Below, in pieces: positions 9,110-18,705 of a stretch of 57,109 nucleotides of DNA (positions are counted from its first letter, which is position 1; the number at the start of each line of letters is the position of its first letter). Where the stretch lies: IMG/VR virus record IMGVR_UViG_3300047300_000237, positions 1 to 57,109 of that record. One strand, written 5' to 3'. This stretch comes from a virus (taxonomy: Duplodnaviria > Caudoviricetes). Both the position numbers and the translations under genes were made by a program. The notes under the pieces were generated by a model that was not told where the DNA came from, ran no database searches, and worked only from the letters and a program-made list of their open reading frames with translations.

Positions 9110-11194
9110 ATGGCTAATATTATTGAAAAAGCAAAGGCGAGACTTGCTGAAAAGCGTGGGTCTGATTACACACTGTATCACAAGTCGTATACAGATGCAA
9201 TCAATCATGCACTTTCGCACCACGAAAAGTCGGGTCTCCATGTAAGTGACGATGATAGATTTCAACACGTTGGTGTTGGCTCAAAGAAGCCAAGCGAAGG
9301 TAATACCACTTCTGTAAACATTCCCGCTACACATACTAGCGGCAAGAAGCACATGATCCACGTTCAAGTATTCAACAAGGGTGGCACACATCCTTATGAA
9401 CTGAATACCTATTCGAGCGGCATGGGTCGTCATGTCAAAGAAGAAAACGATTACTATCCTCGTGAAGGATTCCCAGAAGAAGGCGATTACGGATATCATC
9501 CAAATCCAGGTCTAAAGCCACAAGAGAGCGATAAAGATCAGGACATGGATAAGGCATATAAGGCTGCAACAGAAGCAGAAGCCAAGAAACCATTGAATGC
9601 CAAGAAGTTAGAAGTATCTAACAAGGTTGAAGAAGCATACGGCATGTGGAAGGTAGAGTTTCCTAAGCAACATGTCGGTAAGCAAGTAGAGGCTGGCTCA
9701 GTCCACGTTAAGGCCCAGAACACCGCCCATGCACACAAGGTTGCTGCAAAGAGAGTTGGTGTTGACCACAAGGTATTCAAATCGAAGGTAACTAAGTCTT
9801 CAATTCTTCCAGAAGAAGCAGAAGAACTGATGGAACGTGGTGCAGATGGTAAAGGTTACTATCGCAAGACAGAAGACGGCGCTGGACTAACTCGTAAGGG
9901 TGCTAAGGCCATGGGCGTCAAGACGGCCGTTACTACACCTCCTAGCAAGTTAGATCCAAATGGTGAGGCTGCAAAACGCCGCAAATCATTCTGCGCCCGC
10001 ATGGGTGGCATGAAGGGTCCTATGAAGGACGAAAAGGGTAGACCAACTCGTAAGGCTATGTCACTACGCCGTTGGAACTGCCGCACAGAAGAAACACAAC
10101 TTGACGAAGTTTTAGGTACAGACAACGAATGGGGTCGTCCAGAACTACGCAAGAAGTTTGCTGCTATGACACCTGGGCAAGAGGGTCTAGCCGCTGATCA
10201 AATTCCAATGATGGATCCATTTTCTGGTAATGCAATTCATGAAGAAGACCTGCACGAAATCTCGGCTCTTGGGGCCAAGAAGCGTTCTCAATTCGCTGCT
10301 AAACTACAAAAGAGACTTGCCGATCCGAAATCAATCGCAAAGGCGAAGAAAGAAGTAGCAAAGAAAAAGGCAGCCGAGAAAGCCCAAGCCGCAGAGGCAC
10401 CCAAGCATCTCGTAATGCAACTTCGCAAAGCATCATCTATTGGTGCCAAGGTTAAGTTCCATGATGGTTCAGAACACCACGTGGCACCTAACCACGTAGA
10501 GAAGTTCAATGATCGCTATCATTCATTGAAGTCTTCAATCGAAAAAGAAAGTCTCGTAAAGAGAGCGCACAAATCACATGCGGACTTTATGAGAGCCATT
10601 TCCGAAGAGACTGAAATGGGTCAACCAGAAGCACCTTGCACTTGCAACATTTCCCCTGCAAATTATCCTCACCCATCGCAACTATCACCTGAACCAATGC
10701 TCGGTGATATGAATGGTGATAATGAGGTAAATGAGTGGGATGAAGCCGCAATCGAAGCAGATGTTACAAACGAAATCGAAAACTCTTCATGGCAAGACCT
10801 AAGTAAGTATTACGAAGATGAAGGAGAGGATGAAGACGAGGATGAAGCAGAAGACCTAGACGAAGCAATCACTCCTCAGGGTCGTCTAAAGAAAAAGTTT
10901 GCTGCAATGCGTAACAAGACACGCCGCAATCTTGCGAAGAACATGGCTCTAAAGCGTATTGCTACACCCGATCGCATCAAGGCTCGTTCTATCCGTGCCG
11001 CTCGTCGTATGGTTTACAAGCGCATTCTTCGTAACCGCGATCCATCGTCGGTATCAGCCGCAGAGAAGGCTCGTATCGAAGCACAAGTAAAGCGTATGGC
11101 ACCTATGGTATCAAGACTTTCAATTCGCCTACAACAAAGCGAAAGAAAGCGTGACCAAGCCCGCGTAGTTAATGCAAGATCAAAGAAGAAATAA
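9110..11194 (+). CDS. Large modular putative internal head protein (prohead-protease-processed polyprotein)
   Basis: Basic/His-rich modules separated by (L/V/I)xE linkers; RRKSFCARM...LRRWNC module; basic C-terminal module. Confidence 0.6.
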   Translation: MANIIEKAKARLAEKRGSDYTLYHKSYTDAINHALSHHEKSGLHVSDDDRFQHVGVGSKKPSEGNTTSVNIPATHTSGKKHMIHVQVFNKGGTHPYELNTYSSGMGRHVKEENDYYPREGFPEEGDYGYHPNPGLKPQESDKDQDMDKAYKAATEAEAKKPLNAKKLEVSNKVEEAYGMWKVEFPKQHVGKQVEAGSVHVKAQNTAHAHKVAAKRVGVDHKVFKSKVTKSSILPEEAEELMERGADGKGYYRKTEDGAGLTRKGAKAMGVKTAVTTPPSKLDPNGEAAKRRKSFCARMGGMKGPMKDEKGRPTRKAMSLRRWNCRTEETQLDEVLGTDNEWGRPELRKKFAAMTPGQEGLAADQIPMMDPFSGNAIHEEDLHEISALGAKKRSQFAAKLQKRLADPKSIAKAKKEVAKKKAAEKAQAAEAPKHLVMQLRKASSIGAKVKFHDGSEHHVAPNHVEKFNDRYHSLKSSIEKESLVKRAHKSHADFMRAISEETEMGQPEAPCTCNISPANYPHPSQLSPEPMLGDMNGDNEVNEWDEAAIEADVTNEIENSSWQDLSKYYEDEGEDEDEDEAEDLDEAITPQGRLKKKFAAMRNKTRRNLAKNMALKRIATPDRIKARSIRAARRMVYKRILRNRDPSSVSAAEKARIEAQVKRMAPMVSRLSIRLQQSERKRDQARVVNARSKKK

Positions 11195-11195
11195 A

Positions 11196-11633
11196 ATGGA
11201 TGAATTGAAGACCTCTTTGAAAATAGTTCTCGCCAATACATATGCAATGTATTTCAAAGCGCATGGACACCACTGGAATGTAGAGGGTAAAGACTTCTCT
11301 CAATTTCATTCATTCTTTTCTGGCATATACGAAGAACTTTTTGCCGCTGTAGATACTATCGCAGAAGAAATCAGAGCGTTAGATGATTATGCTCCATACA
11401 ATATGTCAGAGTTATCATCTATGACTACTGTAAAAGAATCTAATATCTACGGTTTAGATGTTTCTGGTATGCTGGCTGATCTTATGGATGCTAACGGTTC
11501 TGTAATAGAAGCATTGAATTCAGCCCATAAATTAGCAGAAGCCGAAAACAATAGAGGTCTAGTAAATCTTTTAGAAGAGAGATTAGACGTTCACGCAAAG
11601 CACGGTTGGATGATCCGTGCATCCTCTAAGTAA
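11196..11633 (+). CDS. dps: Dps family mini-ferritin
   Basis: AHGHHWNVEG, FHSFF...YEEL, DTIAEEIRAL, KHGWMI signatures. Confidence 0.93.
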   Translation: MDELKTSLKIVLANTYAMYFKAHGHHWNVEGKDFSQFHSFFSGIYEELFAAVDTIAEEIRALDDYAPYNMSELSSMTTVKESNIYGLDVSGMLADLMDANGSVIEALNSAHKLAEAENNRGLVNLLEERLDVHAKHGWMIRASSK

Positions 11634-11658
11634 TAAATATAGAGGATAGGAGATAACA

Positions 11659-12609
11659 ATGTCACTAGAACAAACAATTAAAGATACGCTACTTTCTGAA
11701 TCTGTTGATTTAGATATGCGTCTACAGCAACTTGTTCGTGCAGGTCTAATGCCAGCCAACACACTACCTTTGCTCCGTAAAGGTATTGCTAAAGTTCAGG
11801 GTGGTTATCCACTTGTCGGCGCCGAGCGTGATGTAATGGCAAACTTCTTAAACGCCATGATGTTCATTGTTCTAGGTGATGATAGTATCTTCAATAAAGC
11901 CCGCACCGGTGCCAAGCACTACACTACAGAAGAAGTTGAAACTGTAGAAGAGGGCGAGAACAAAGAAATGAAGGGTAAAGATCCTTGCTGGAAGGGCTAC
12001 GAGATGGTAGGCATGAAGAAGAAAAACGGCAAAGAAGTTCCTAACTGTGTTCCTGCTAACGAAGAAGTCGAACAGATTGATGAAATCTCGAAGACAACTC
12101 TAAAGTCTTATTCCGCCAAGGCAGAAAAGCAAACTCGCGGCAATCAGCCTCATGGTAAAGATGCACTTAGAAAGCGCACTAACCGCGAGAAGGGCCTAAA
12201 AAGCGCATACAATAAGTATTATGGATACAAGACAAAGGTTCATGCAACGGAAGAAGTTGAACAGATCGACGAACTTTCGAAGGACACATTAAAATCTTAT
12301 CTAGATAAGAAAAAGGTTCCTTCAGGAACAGTAGTTGCAAACACTAACGATAAAGATAGTATGAGAAAGTATACTAATAGAGTTGTTGGTGGTGTTCGCG
12401 CCAGTCGTAAACTTCTTGCGAAGGAATCTCGCCGCACAGAAGCAATGGCAGATATTGCAGCCATCAAGCAGATGAATGAATCATACAAGACTACATTTAA
12501 TGCAGCACTTGAACAATACGGAATCAAGTCTCCCTCGGAACTTGATGAAGAAAAGCGTAAAGAATTTTTTAATTTCGTAGATCAAAACTATAAAAAGGGA
12601 GACAATTAA
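11659..12609 (+). CDS. Modular putative internal head protein with duplicated EEVEQIDExSKxTLKSY units
   Basis: Repeated acidic linkers; CWKGYEMVGMKKK...VPNCVP module; AATAAATA late-like box at 11632. Confidence 0.6.
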   Translation: MSLEQTIKDTLLSESVDLDMRLQQLVRAGLMPANTLPLLRKGIAKVQGGYPLVGAERDVMANFLNAMMFIVLGDDSIFNKARTGAKHYTTEEVETVEEGENKEMKGKDPCWKGYEMVGMKKKNGKEVPNCVPANEEVEQIDEISKTTLKSYSAKAEKQTRGNQPHGKDALRKRTNREKGLKSAYNKYYGYKTKVHATEEVEQIDELSKDTLKSYLDKKKVPSGTVVANTNDKDSMRKYTNRVVGGVRASRKLLAKESRRTEAMADIAAIKQMNESYKTTFNAALEQYGIKSPSELDEEKRKEFFNFVDQNYKKGDN

Positions 12610-13010
12610 TGTCCGCATGGTCAAAGACAAAGAAGCCAGTAGTTACTGGTCTAGATCCAGCAGATATCTACATGGTAGATGAAGCAGAATGTGCAGCAAC
12701 TCCAGGTATTGCACAACCAGGTTGGGTTCACGTTCAAACAGTAGGTAGCCGCAAGAAATATCAAACACTTGTTGCTATGGCAGATGCATTCACCGATGCT
12801 GAATATGAAGCAGGCGTTGGTGTTGTTGCAACTGCACTAGTAAATGGTACTGAATACAAGATCCTTACTGCGGGAACTACCGACTTCACTCTAGTCGGTG
12901 CTGCAAACAACAACGTTGGCACAGTCTTTACGGCAACAGGCGCTGGCACAGGTACAGGTACCGCAGTTGCCACTGCTAATGTTGACGACGACGAATTCCC
13001 AGAAGACTAA
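12609..13010 (+). CDS. Hypothetical protein, probably structural
   Basis: G/T/A-rich C-terminal half (ATGAGTGTGTA); late block. Confidence 0.65.
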   Translation: MSAWSKTKKPVVTGLDPADIYMVDEAECAATPGIAQPGWVHVQTVGSRKKYQTLVAMADAFTDAEYEAGVGVVATALVNGTEYKILTAGTTDFTLVGAANNNVGTVFTATGAGTGTGTAVATANVDDDEFPED

Positions 13011-13020
13011 GGTAATTTAA

Positions 13021-13476
13021 ATGGCAGATAGCAAAGTGACAGCCATGCAGCCAGCGTCCGAGATTGCCTCGGGCGACTGGTTGTATCTAGTGAAGCCAAA
13101 TACAAGTCCATATGATCATAAACTAAGCATTGCTAATCTGTTTGGGGGCATTCCTGTTCCCGTTACATTAGAAAAGACGCTGACACTTGGTGGCACTCCT
13201 CAGACCATTTCGGCACCCGGGAGTGCCATCGATATCACAACGTCTGTATCTAAGATCACTTCTCCTGATAACAATGGTACCTTAACTATTGTAGACGGAG
13301 TAGATGGTCAGATTAAGACCATCATTATGGTTTCAAATACTGGTAATAAAACTCTATCGATCACCTCTAATATTGGTCATTCGAGTATTGCTTTCTCTCA
13401 GGCTGGCCATACTGCTACATTAATGTTCATGGGTACCTCTTGGTATTTCATTGGGGGAACGGCGACAGTATCATAA
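13021..13476 (+). CDS. Hypothetical beta-rich structural protein
   Basis: MADSKVT start typical of tail/baseplate accessory proteins; DGQIKTIIM, ATLMF..WY. Confidence 0.6.
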   Translation: MADSKVTAMQPASEIASGDWLYLVKPNTSPYDHKLSIANLFGGIPVPVTLEKTLTLGGTPQTISAPGSAIDITTSVSKITSPDNNGTLTIVDGVDGQIKTIIMVSNTGNKTLSITSNIGHSSIAFSQAGHTATLMFMGTSWYFIGGTATVS

Positions 13477-13477
13477 T

Positions 13478-13840
13478 ATGTTTGAACTTAATGATGACAA
13501 TTTTTTGATCTTTGCTATTAAGAGTTATGACAATCGAGGTTGCCTCGGCATGTCAGACCTCGAAGAAGATTTGAAAAGATTTAAATATATCAAAAGACTA
13601 TTTCGTCGGTATGAAACAACAGATGTTTTGAGTGAAAGATTAATACTCAATCATTTGATTGTTTTATATAATGTGTTCGGTGAAAATACTTCCTTGATGC
13701 TTTTGTATAAAGTAGAAAAGAAGTATTGGAGTTATCTAAAGACATTTCTTGTCTATCTAAATAGAATGACTATGGATGATATACCAGAAATACCTTTAGA
13801 TATAAGAATAGCCACGGCACTAAGGAATATAGATGTCTAA
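13478..13840 (+). CDS. Conserved T4-like phage hypothetical protein
   Basis: EEDLKRFKYIKRLF, ERLILNHLIVLYNVFG, LKTFLVYLN motifs typical of cyanophage-type T4-likes. Confidence 0.8.
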   Translation: MFELNDDNFLIFAIKSYDNRGCLGMSDLEEDLKRFKYIKRLFRRYETTDVLSERLILNHLIVLYNVFGENTSLMLLYKVEKKYWSYLKTFLVYLNRMTMDDIPEIPLDIRIATALRNIDV

Positions 13841-14369
13841 GTTTATTGATAATGCATTAGCGTTTCGCATCTTATGGATGCTGACTACTCCGTTTGAAAG
13901 GACGGATGCATATCGCTTAGGTATTATCGATAAGACTGGCAAAGAAATTAAGCCTATCTCACAACTCAATACTGAGCCAGAGATGTCGGCATACACTTAT
14001 CTACATCGTTTGGTATTTCGCTTGAAGCGTATTATCAATAAGGTGCCAATTGAAAGTAAGAATTTTCTTTCGTTTGCCGCTGCTGTTGCCCTCGTCAAAG
14101 AAGGCGTAGAATATGACGATGATATTTTAGAGGAACTATACTACATGGCACACGAAGATCCAGAAGCAATTGCTCTTGCAGAAGAACTAGAGAACAAGAC
14201 GCTATCGTTCAAGCAGTTTGTCGAAGAGATGGGCGTTGGCGGTGGTGCAGTGGCTGGTATTGGTATTCCTCATCCAACTATTCCAAATCAGGCAGAACCT
14301 GGCGTTTCAAAGAAGACGCAAAAGAACTATAAAAAGAAAAATAAAATGTTTAGAAGGAATGCGAAATGA
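13833..14369 (+). CDS. Conserved T4-like phage hypothetical protein
   Basis: PFERTDAYRLGIIDKTG, YTYLHRLVFRLKRII; internal LSFKQFVEE motif. Confidence 0.75.
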   Translation: MSKFIDNALAFRILWMLTTPFERTDAYRLGIIDKTGKEIKPISQLNTEPEMSAYTYLHRLVFRLKRIINKVPIESKNFLSFAAAVALVKEGVEYDDDILEELYYMAHEDPEAIALAEELENKTLSFKQFVEEMGVGGGAVAGIGIPHPTIPNQAEPGVSKKTQKNYKKKNKMFRRNAK

Positions 14370-14818
14370 ATTTGTTAAACTTCTTTTCGGTAAGCAAAGA
14401 GATTGACACCCTAGAAGAACTAGAAATCGAAAAGGGTAAACTCCAACTTACCATCATGAAGATGGCTGCTACTATTCTTGGCACAATCATGTTGGCTGTG
14501 GTATTCATCTTCCTTATCGGCATGTTCATGCCAAATGATCTTATCGACAACAATGAAATCTTCAAGATCATTGGTCCAGCATTCTCGACTATCGTTGGCG
14601 CATTCGTAGGTGCATTCGCTACTATGATGGGCATGAAGACTGCCGAGTTTGATCCTAATGTAAAGGTTCAAGAACTTGGCAAGACAGACTATAAGCACCT
14701 TGCAGAAGCAAGAACTGAAACTGCCAAGGCACGTTCACTTGAAATTGAAAATGAAGAAAAGGAACTCGAACTACTGAATAAGTATAAGGATTCCGATGAT
14801 GATTGGGGACCATTCTAA
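14366..14818 (+). CDS. Two-TM membrane protein, possible holin/antiholin
   Basis: Two hydrophobic helices; translationally coupled (TAATG) to the endolysin. Confidence 0.55.
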   Translation: MNLLNFFSVSKEIDTLEELEIEKGKLQLTIMKMAATILGTIMLAVVFIFLIGMFMPNDLIDNNEIFKIIGPAFSTIVGAFVGAFATMMGMKTAEFDPNVKVQELGKTDYKHLAEARTETAKARSLEIENEEKELELLNKYKDSDDDWGPF

Positions 14819-15990
14819 TGACACAGTTGACAGAACACTTCACGCTTGAGGAGATGACAGTATCTCCGACTGCTAAGAAACTTGGATTGTCCAACACTCC
14901 AACTCCTGAGCATATTGAGAACATGCGCTATTGCTGTGAAATGATTCTCGAAAAGGTTCGTGCTAAATTTGGTCCAGTTACAATCAACTCTTCGTATCGT
15001 TCACCTCGCGTCAATCAGGCCGTTGGTGGTTCGAAGACATCACAGCATGTTAATGGACAAGCAATCGACTTCGAAGTTAAGGGTGTTGACAACAAGACTG
15101 TTGCTGACTGGGTCGCTGACAATCTAGAGTTTGACCAAGTTATTCTTGAGTTTTATACCAAGGGTGACAAGAACTCTGGTTGGGTTCACGCATCGATCAA
15201 GAAGGAAGGTGACAATCGTCGCCAACGTCTGATTGCTACTAAGTCTAAGGCAGGTGGCACATCTTATACTCCAGTCAAGGACTTCGATCCAAGCACAACC
15301 AAGGAAGCAGGTGCACCAGTTGTAGAAGCAGCGGTGCAAGTTGCTAAGACGGCTCCTGCTCCAAATCCATCAGGGCTTGGACCAATGGCATCACTTCAAG
15401 CAAAGTGCGGCGTTGCCGCTGATGGTAAGTGGGGTCCAGGAACATTCAAGGCCGCAAGAGATCACTTCAAACTTTCGACTGCACAAGCCGCACATTTCTT
15501 TGGCCAATGCGCCCACGAGTCGGGTAACTTCAAGGTATTCTCTGAAAATCTAAACTACTCGGCCGACGGTCTGAATAAGATTTTCAAAAAGTATTTCCCA
15601 ACAGTTGCCGCAGCACAACCATATGCTCGTAAGCCTGAAAAGATTGCGAACAAGGTTTACGCAAACCGTATGGGCAACGGACCAGAATCGTCGGGTGACG
15701 GATGGAAATTCCGTGGTCGTGGACCAATTCAGTTAACAGGCAAGGACAACTACACTGCATTCGCACAGTCAATCGGTCGTCCAGATGTTCTAACAAATCC
15801 TGATATCGTTGCAACCGAACTTGCCTTTGAATCCGCTCTATGGTTCTTCAATAAGAACGGTCTGTTTGCTATTGCAGATAAGGGTGTAACCGATGCCGTG
15901 ATCGGGCAGATCACTCGCCGAGTAAATGGTGGCACGCACGGTCTAGAAGATCGTATCAAGAAAACTAAACAATTTGCAAACTGGGGATAA
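14818..15990 (+). CDS. Modular endolysin: peptidase M15A + peptidoglycan-binding remnant + GH19 glycosidase
   Basis: INSSYRSPRVNQAVGGSKTSQH..GQAID, WVHAS; DGKWGPGT; FGQCAHESG, FRGRGPIQLTGKDNY, RVNGG. Confidence 0.93.
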   Translation: MTQLTEHFTLEEMTVSPTAKKLGLSNTPTPEHIENMRYCCEMILEKVRAKFGPVTINSSYRSPRVNQAVGGSKTSQHVNGQAIDFEVKGVDNKTVADWVADNLEFDQVILEFYTKGDKNSGWVHASIKKEGDNRRQRLIATKSKAGGTSYTPVKDFDPSTTKEAGAPVVEAAVQVAKTAPAPNPSGLGPMASLQAKCGVAADGKWGPGTFKAARDHFKLSTAQAAHFFGQCAHESGNFKVFSENLNYSADGLNKIFKKYFPTVAAAQPYARKPEKIANKVYANRMGNGPESSGDGWKFRGRGPIQLTGKDNYTAFAQSIGRPDVLTNPDIVATELAFESALWFFNKNGLFAIADKGVTDAVIGQITRRVNGGTHGLEDRIKKTKQFANWG

Positions 15991-15995
15991 TAAAT

Positions 15996-16169
15996 ATGCT
16001 TAATCAAATCAAAGATGCTTTAAAGAAACTCTTCGGTTTCGTTGATGCTAATAAAGATGGTAAGATTGATATCGCAGAGGTAACTGCCGCTGTTGATAAA
16101 GCAGAAGCAAAGATCGAAGAAGTAAAAGAAGTTGTAAAGAAAACTCGCGGCCGCAAAAAGGCTAAGTAA
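15996..16169 (+). CDS. 57-aa EF-hand microprotein (absent from ORF track)
   Basis: MLNQIKDALKKLFGFVDANKDGKIDIAEVTAAVDKAEAKIEEVKEVVKKTRGRKKAK; canonical DxNxDGxIDxxE loop; exactly fills the gap. Confidence 0.75.
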   Translation: MLNQIKDALKKLFGFVDANKDGKIDIAEVTAAVDKAEAKIEEVKEVVKKTRGRKKAK

Positions 16170-16637
16170 ATGAATACGTTAGAAACAAAAGTCGCCGTTC
16201 TGGAACATGACCTGAAACAAGTGCAGGTTGTGTTCGGTCGTCTTGATTTGGCGATTGAAAAGATCGGTGACGTTTCTAACTGTATCAATAAAATGTTGGC
16301 GGTACACGACACTAAACTTGAGGCGCAAGAAACAGTAAACGAAGATATTTACCAGAGTTTAGAGGTGCATAGACAAGAGACTAAGGCCAGCAACGCCGAG
16401 TTGCATTCGCGTATTACAACTACAACCCGAGAACTTGAAACTAAAATTCAGAATACAGAAGATAAACTTCTTTCCGCTATTACCGATCTAAAAAAATCAA
16501 TTGAGAAAGAAGAAGAAAAAAGTAAAGAACGTATTGACAAACTCGAAAAAGCCAAGTATCTATTTGTAGGTGGTGGTATCGTAGTTGGTGCAATCGTTAC
16601 TAAAATTCTACCACTATTCATGAAATTTATTGGATAA
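16170..16637 (+). CDS. Coiled-coil protein with C-terminal TM anchor
   Basis: Heptad-rich body, hydrophobic C-terminus. Confidence 0.75.
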   Translation: MNTLETKVAVLEHDLKQVQVVFGRLDLAIEKIGDVSNCINKMLAVHDTKLEAQETVNEDIYQSLEVHRQETKASNAELHSRITTTTRELETKIQNTEDKLLSAITDLKKSIEKEEEKSKERIDKLEKAKYLFVGGGIVVGAIVTKILPLFMKFIG

Positions 16638-16642
16638 ACGGG

Positions 16643-16671
16643 TTGACTTACACCCGTTTTGGGTGTATAGT
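16643..16671 (+). promoter_or_regulatory. sigma70-type promoter for primase, with hairpin in the spacer
   Basis: TTGACT-17 nt-TATAGT; TACACCC-GTTTT-GGGTGTA inverted repeat. Confidence 0.6.
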
Positions 16672-16677
16672 CAATTC

Positions 16678-17718
16678 ATGAGCGCATATATTGACATTCA
16701 GTTCCTTCATACCATCTCGTATCGGCTTGAGAACTTTAAGAAAAAATCAACTGATCTTTGGAACTGCAGGTGTCCCATCTGCGGTGACTCCTCGCGTAAC
16801 AAGAAGAAGTCACGCGGGTATTTCTTTTTGGCTAAAAACAATCTAAACTACAAGTGCCACAACTGCGGTGTATCGATGCAGTTTGGTACCTTTCTCAAGC
16901 AGTTTGATGACAATCAGTATAAGCAGTATGTGGTTCAGCGGTATGCTGATACCGCAAACATTGGCCCTGCTAAGGCGCACCGAAAGATCGAAGAAGTTAT
17001 AGACTTCTCTGAGCCGAAGTTTGAAAAGAAACCTGAACCGAAGTTGTTAGATAGTATCATGGATCGTCTTGATACTCTTCCCGATGATAATGAGGCTGTT
17101 CAATATGCTAAATCTCGCCTTCTACCTGTGTCTAGTTTCTCTCGCCTTTATTATATTGACAATATTAAGAATATCGTATCACTTTCTCCAAAATACAAAG
17201 AGTCCATTATCACTTCGGAACCCCGTCTCGCGATTCCTTTTATTGATGGTAGTGGGAAGTTGCTTTGCGTCAGCCTTCGTGGGATGCGCGGCGAGTCTCT
17301 TAGGTATATCCTAGTAAAGGTAGACGACGATGCGCCTTCTATTTTTGGTCTTGACCAAGTTGATCCAGAGAAAGAAATCCTTGTCGTGGAAGGACCACTT
17401 GATTCCCTTTTTCTGGATAATGCTATTGCTTGTGCAGGAACATCGTTCGGAAAGATCGATCAACTCCCAGTCCCAAAAGAAAAAGTAACAATTATTTTCG
17501 ATAATCAACCAAAAAACCGAGAAGTCGGTAAATTGATGAATAAGTATATAGAGATGGGTTACAAGATGGTCATCTGGCCAGACAGCGTTCCCGGTAAAGA
17601 TATTAATGAAATGATTGAGAATGGGTTGACTTCTGAGGAAATCCATAGTATTATAAATCTTAATACTTTTCAAGGTCTATCAGCGAAGGCGAAATACGCC
17701 ATGTGGAGAAAGATATGA
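16678..17718 (+). CDS. 61: DNA primase gp61
   Basis: CRCPICGDS...CHNCG zinc ribbon; TOPRIM VEGPLDSLF, FDNQP, KDINEM. Confidence 0.97.
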   Translation: MSAYIDIQFLHTISYRLENFKKKSTDLWNCRCPICGDSSRNKKKSRGYFFLAKNNLNYKCHNCGVSMQFGTFLKQFDDNQYKQYVVQRYADTANIGPAKAHRKIEEVIDFSEPKFEKKPEPKLLDSIMDRLDTLPDDNEAVQYAKSRLLPVSSFSRLYYIDNIKNIVSLSPKYKESIITSEPRLAIPFIDGSGKLLCVSLRGMRGESLRYILVKVDDDAPSIFGLDQVDPEKEILVVEGPLDSLFLDNAIACAGTSFGKIDQLPVPKEKVTIIFDNQPKNREVGKLMNKYIEMGYKMVIWPDSVPGKDINEMIENGLTSEEIHSIINLNTFQGLSAKAKYAMWRKI

Positions 17719-17981
17719 GCGAATTAGTCGCTAATGAATATGGTGTTGAATTTGACCATATTCGTATTACTAAGTTGCGTATTCACCGCACAGACGGTAA
17801 GTGGTTAGTAGAATATCGCCGAGAGCCTCGTTGGTTCTTAGGTTTGGACCGCTGGTGGTGGTTCGATGATGGCACCTATATTGAATATGCCGATGCGTCT
17901 AATCGGGTAGATCATCTATTGGGTGTGGGTTTTGTAAGCAAGGCACAGTTCCAGAGTGTCAAGGAGTTTGAAGTTGAATGA
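17715..17981 (+). CDS. Hypothetical protein
   Basis: ATGA overlap with the primase stop. Confidence 0.7.
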   Translation: MSELVANEYGVEFDHIRITKLRIHRTDGKWLVEYRREPRWFLGLDRWWWFDDGTYIEYADASNRVDHLLGVGFVSKAQFQSVKEFEVE

Positions 17982-18343
17982 AAGTAATTATTGCAGGTAG
18001 TCGTTCGATTGAAGATTATTCTTTAGTGGTTCAAGCAATGAAACGATGTGGTTATGAAGTAACAGAAGTTGTTTCTGGCTGTGCTACTGGTATTGATCGT
18101 ATGGGTGAACAGTGGGCAAGAGCAAACAACATTCCTATTAAAGAAATGCCAGCAGATTGGATGCGTCATGGAAACTCTGCTGGACCACAGCGCAATCGTG
18201 CTATGGCAGAATATGCAGATGCCGCAGTCATTATTTGGGACGGTGAGTCTCGTGGCACAAGAAACATGGTAGAGAATATGATTCGCCGAAAGAAACCATA
18301 TCATCTACAACTAACATCTGGCACGTTAGAGGATTTTATATGA
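17978..18343 (+). CDS. SLOG/YspA-like (DUF2493) protein
   Basis: IIAGSR, VVSGCATGID, AGPQRN, WDGESRGT. Confidence 0.85.
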   Translation: MKVIIAGSRSIEDYSLVVQAMKRCGYEVTEVVSGCATGIDRMGEQWARANNIPIKEMPADWMRHGNSAGPQRNRAMAEYADAAVIIWDGESRGTRNMVENMIRRKKPYHLQLTSGTLEDFI

Positions 18344-18537
18344 GCCAATCGGATGACTACCAGCGTGGTTACTTTGATGGATACCTAGCCGCAAAGAATG
18401 CACCGCTTCAACCGTATGCGCCTACACCAAGCGGTCAAGCTAAGGTAACTTGCCCGAAATGTAATATGGTATGGGAAGGGGTGATGGGATATGTATGTCC
18501 TAGCTTCGATTGTCCTATCCAACCTAAAGTTAGATAA
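18340..18537 (+). CDS. Small Cys-containing hypothetical protein
   Basis: YQRGYFDGY; CPKC...CPSFDCP. Confidence 0.65.
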   Translation: MSQSDDYQRGYFDGYLAAKNAPLQPYAPTPSGQAKVTCPKCNMVWEGVMGYVCPSFDCPIQPKVR

Positions 18538-18549
18538 CAAGGAAACATT

Positions 18550-18705
18550 ATGAGTGAAGAGGAATTTGATATTAAATGCAGAGCATTAGCAAAAGAAATA
18601 GATGATACACCTATAGAAGATCATGCAAACTTGATGAAGTTACTTACACAGACAGAAAGTATGCGGAAAGAATTTGTTAGACTATACGAACTGGACAGCG
18701 AATAA
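18550..18705 (+). CDS. 51-aa hypothetical protein (absent from ORF track)
   Basis: AAGGA RBS; MSEEEFDIKC...ELDSE; TAATG coupling to thyX. Confidence 0.6.
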   Translation: MSEEEFDIKCRALAKEIDDTPIEDHANLMKLLTQTESMRKEFVRLYELDSE

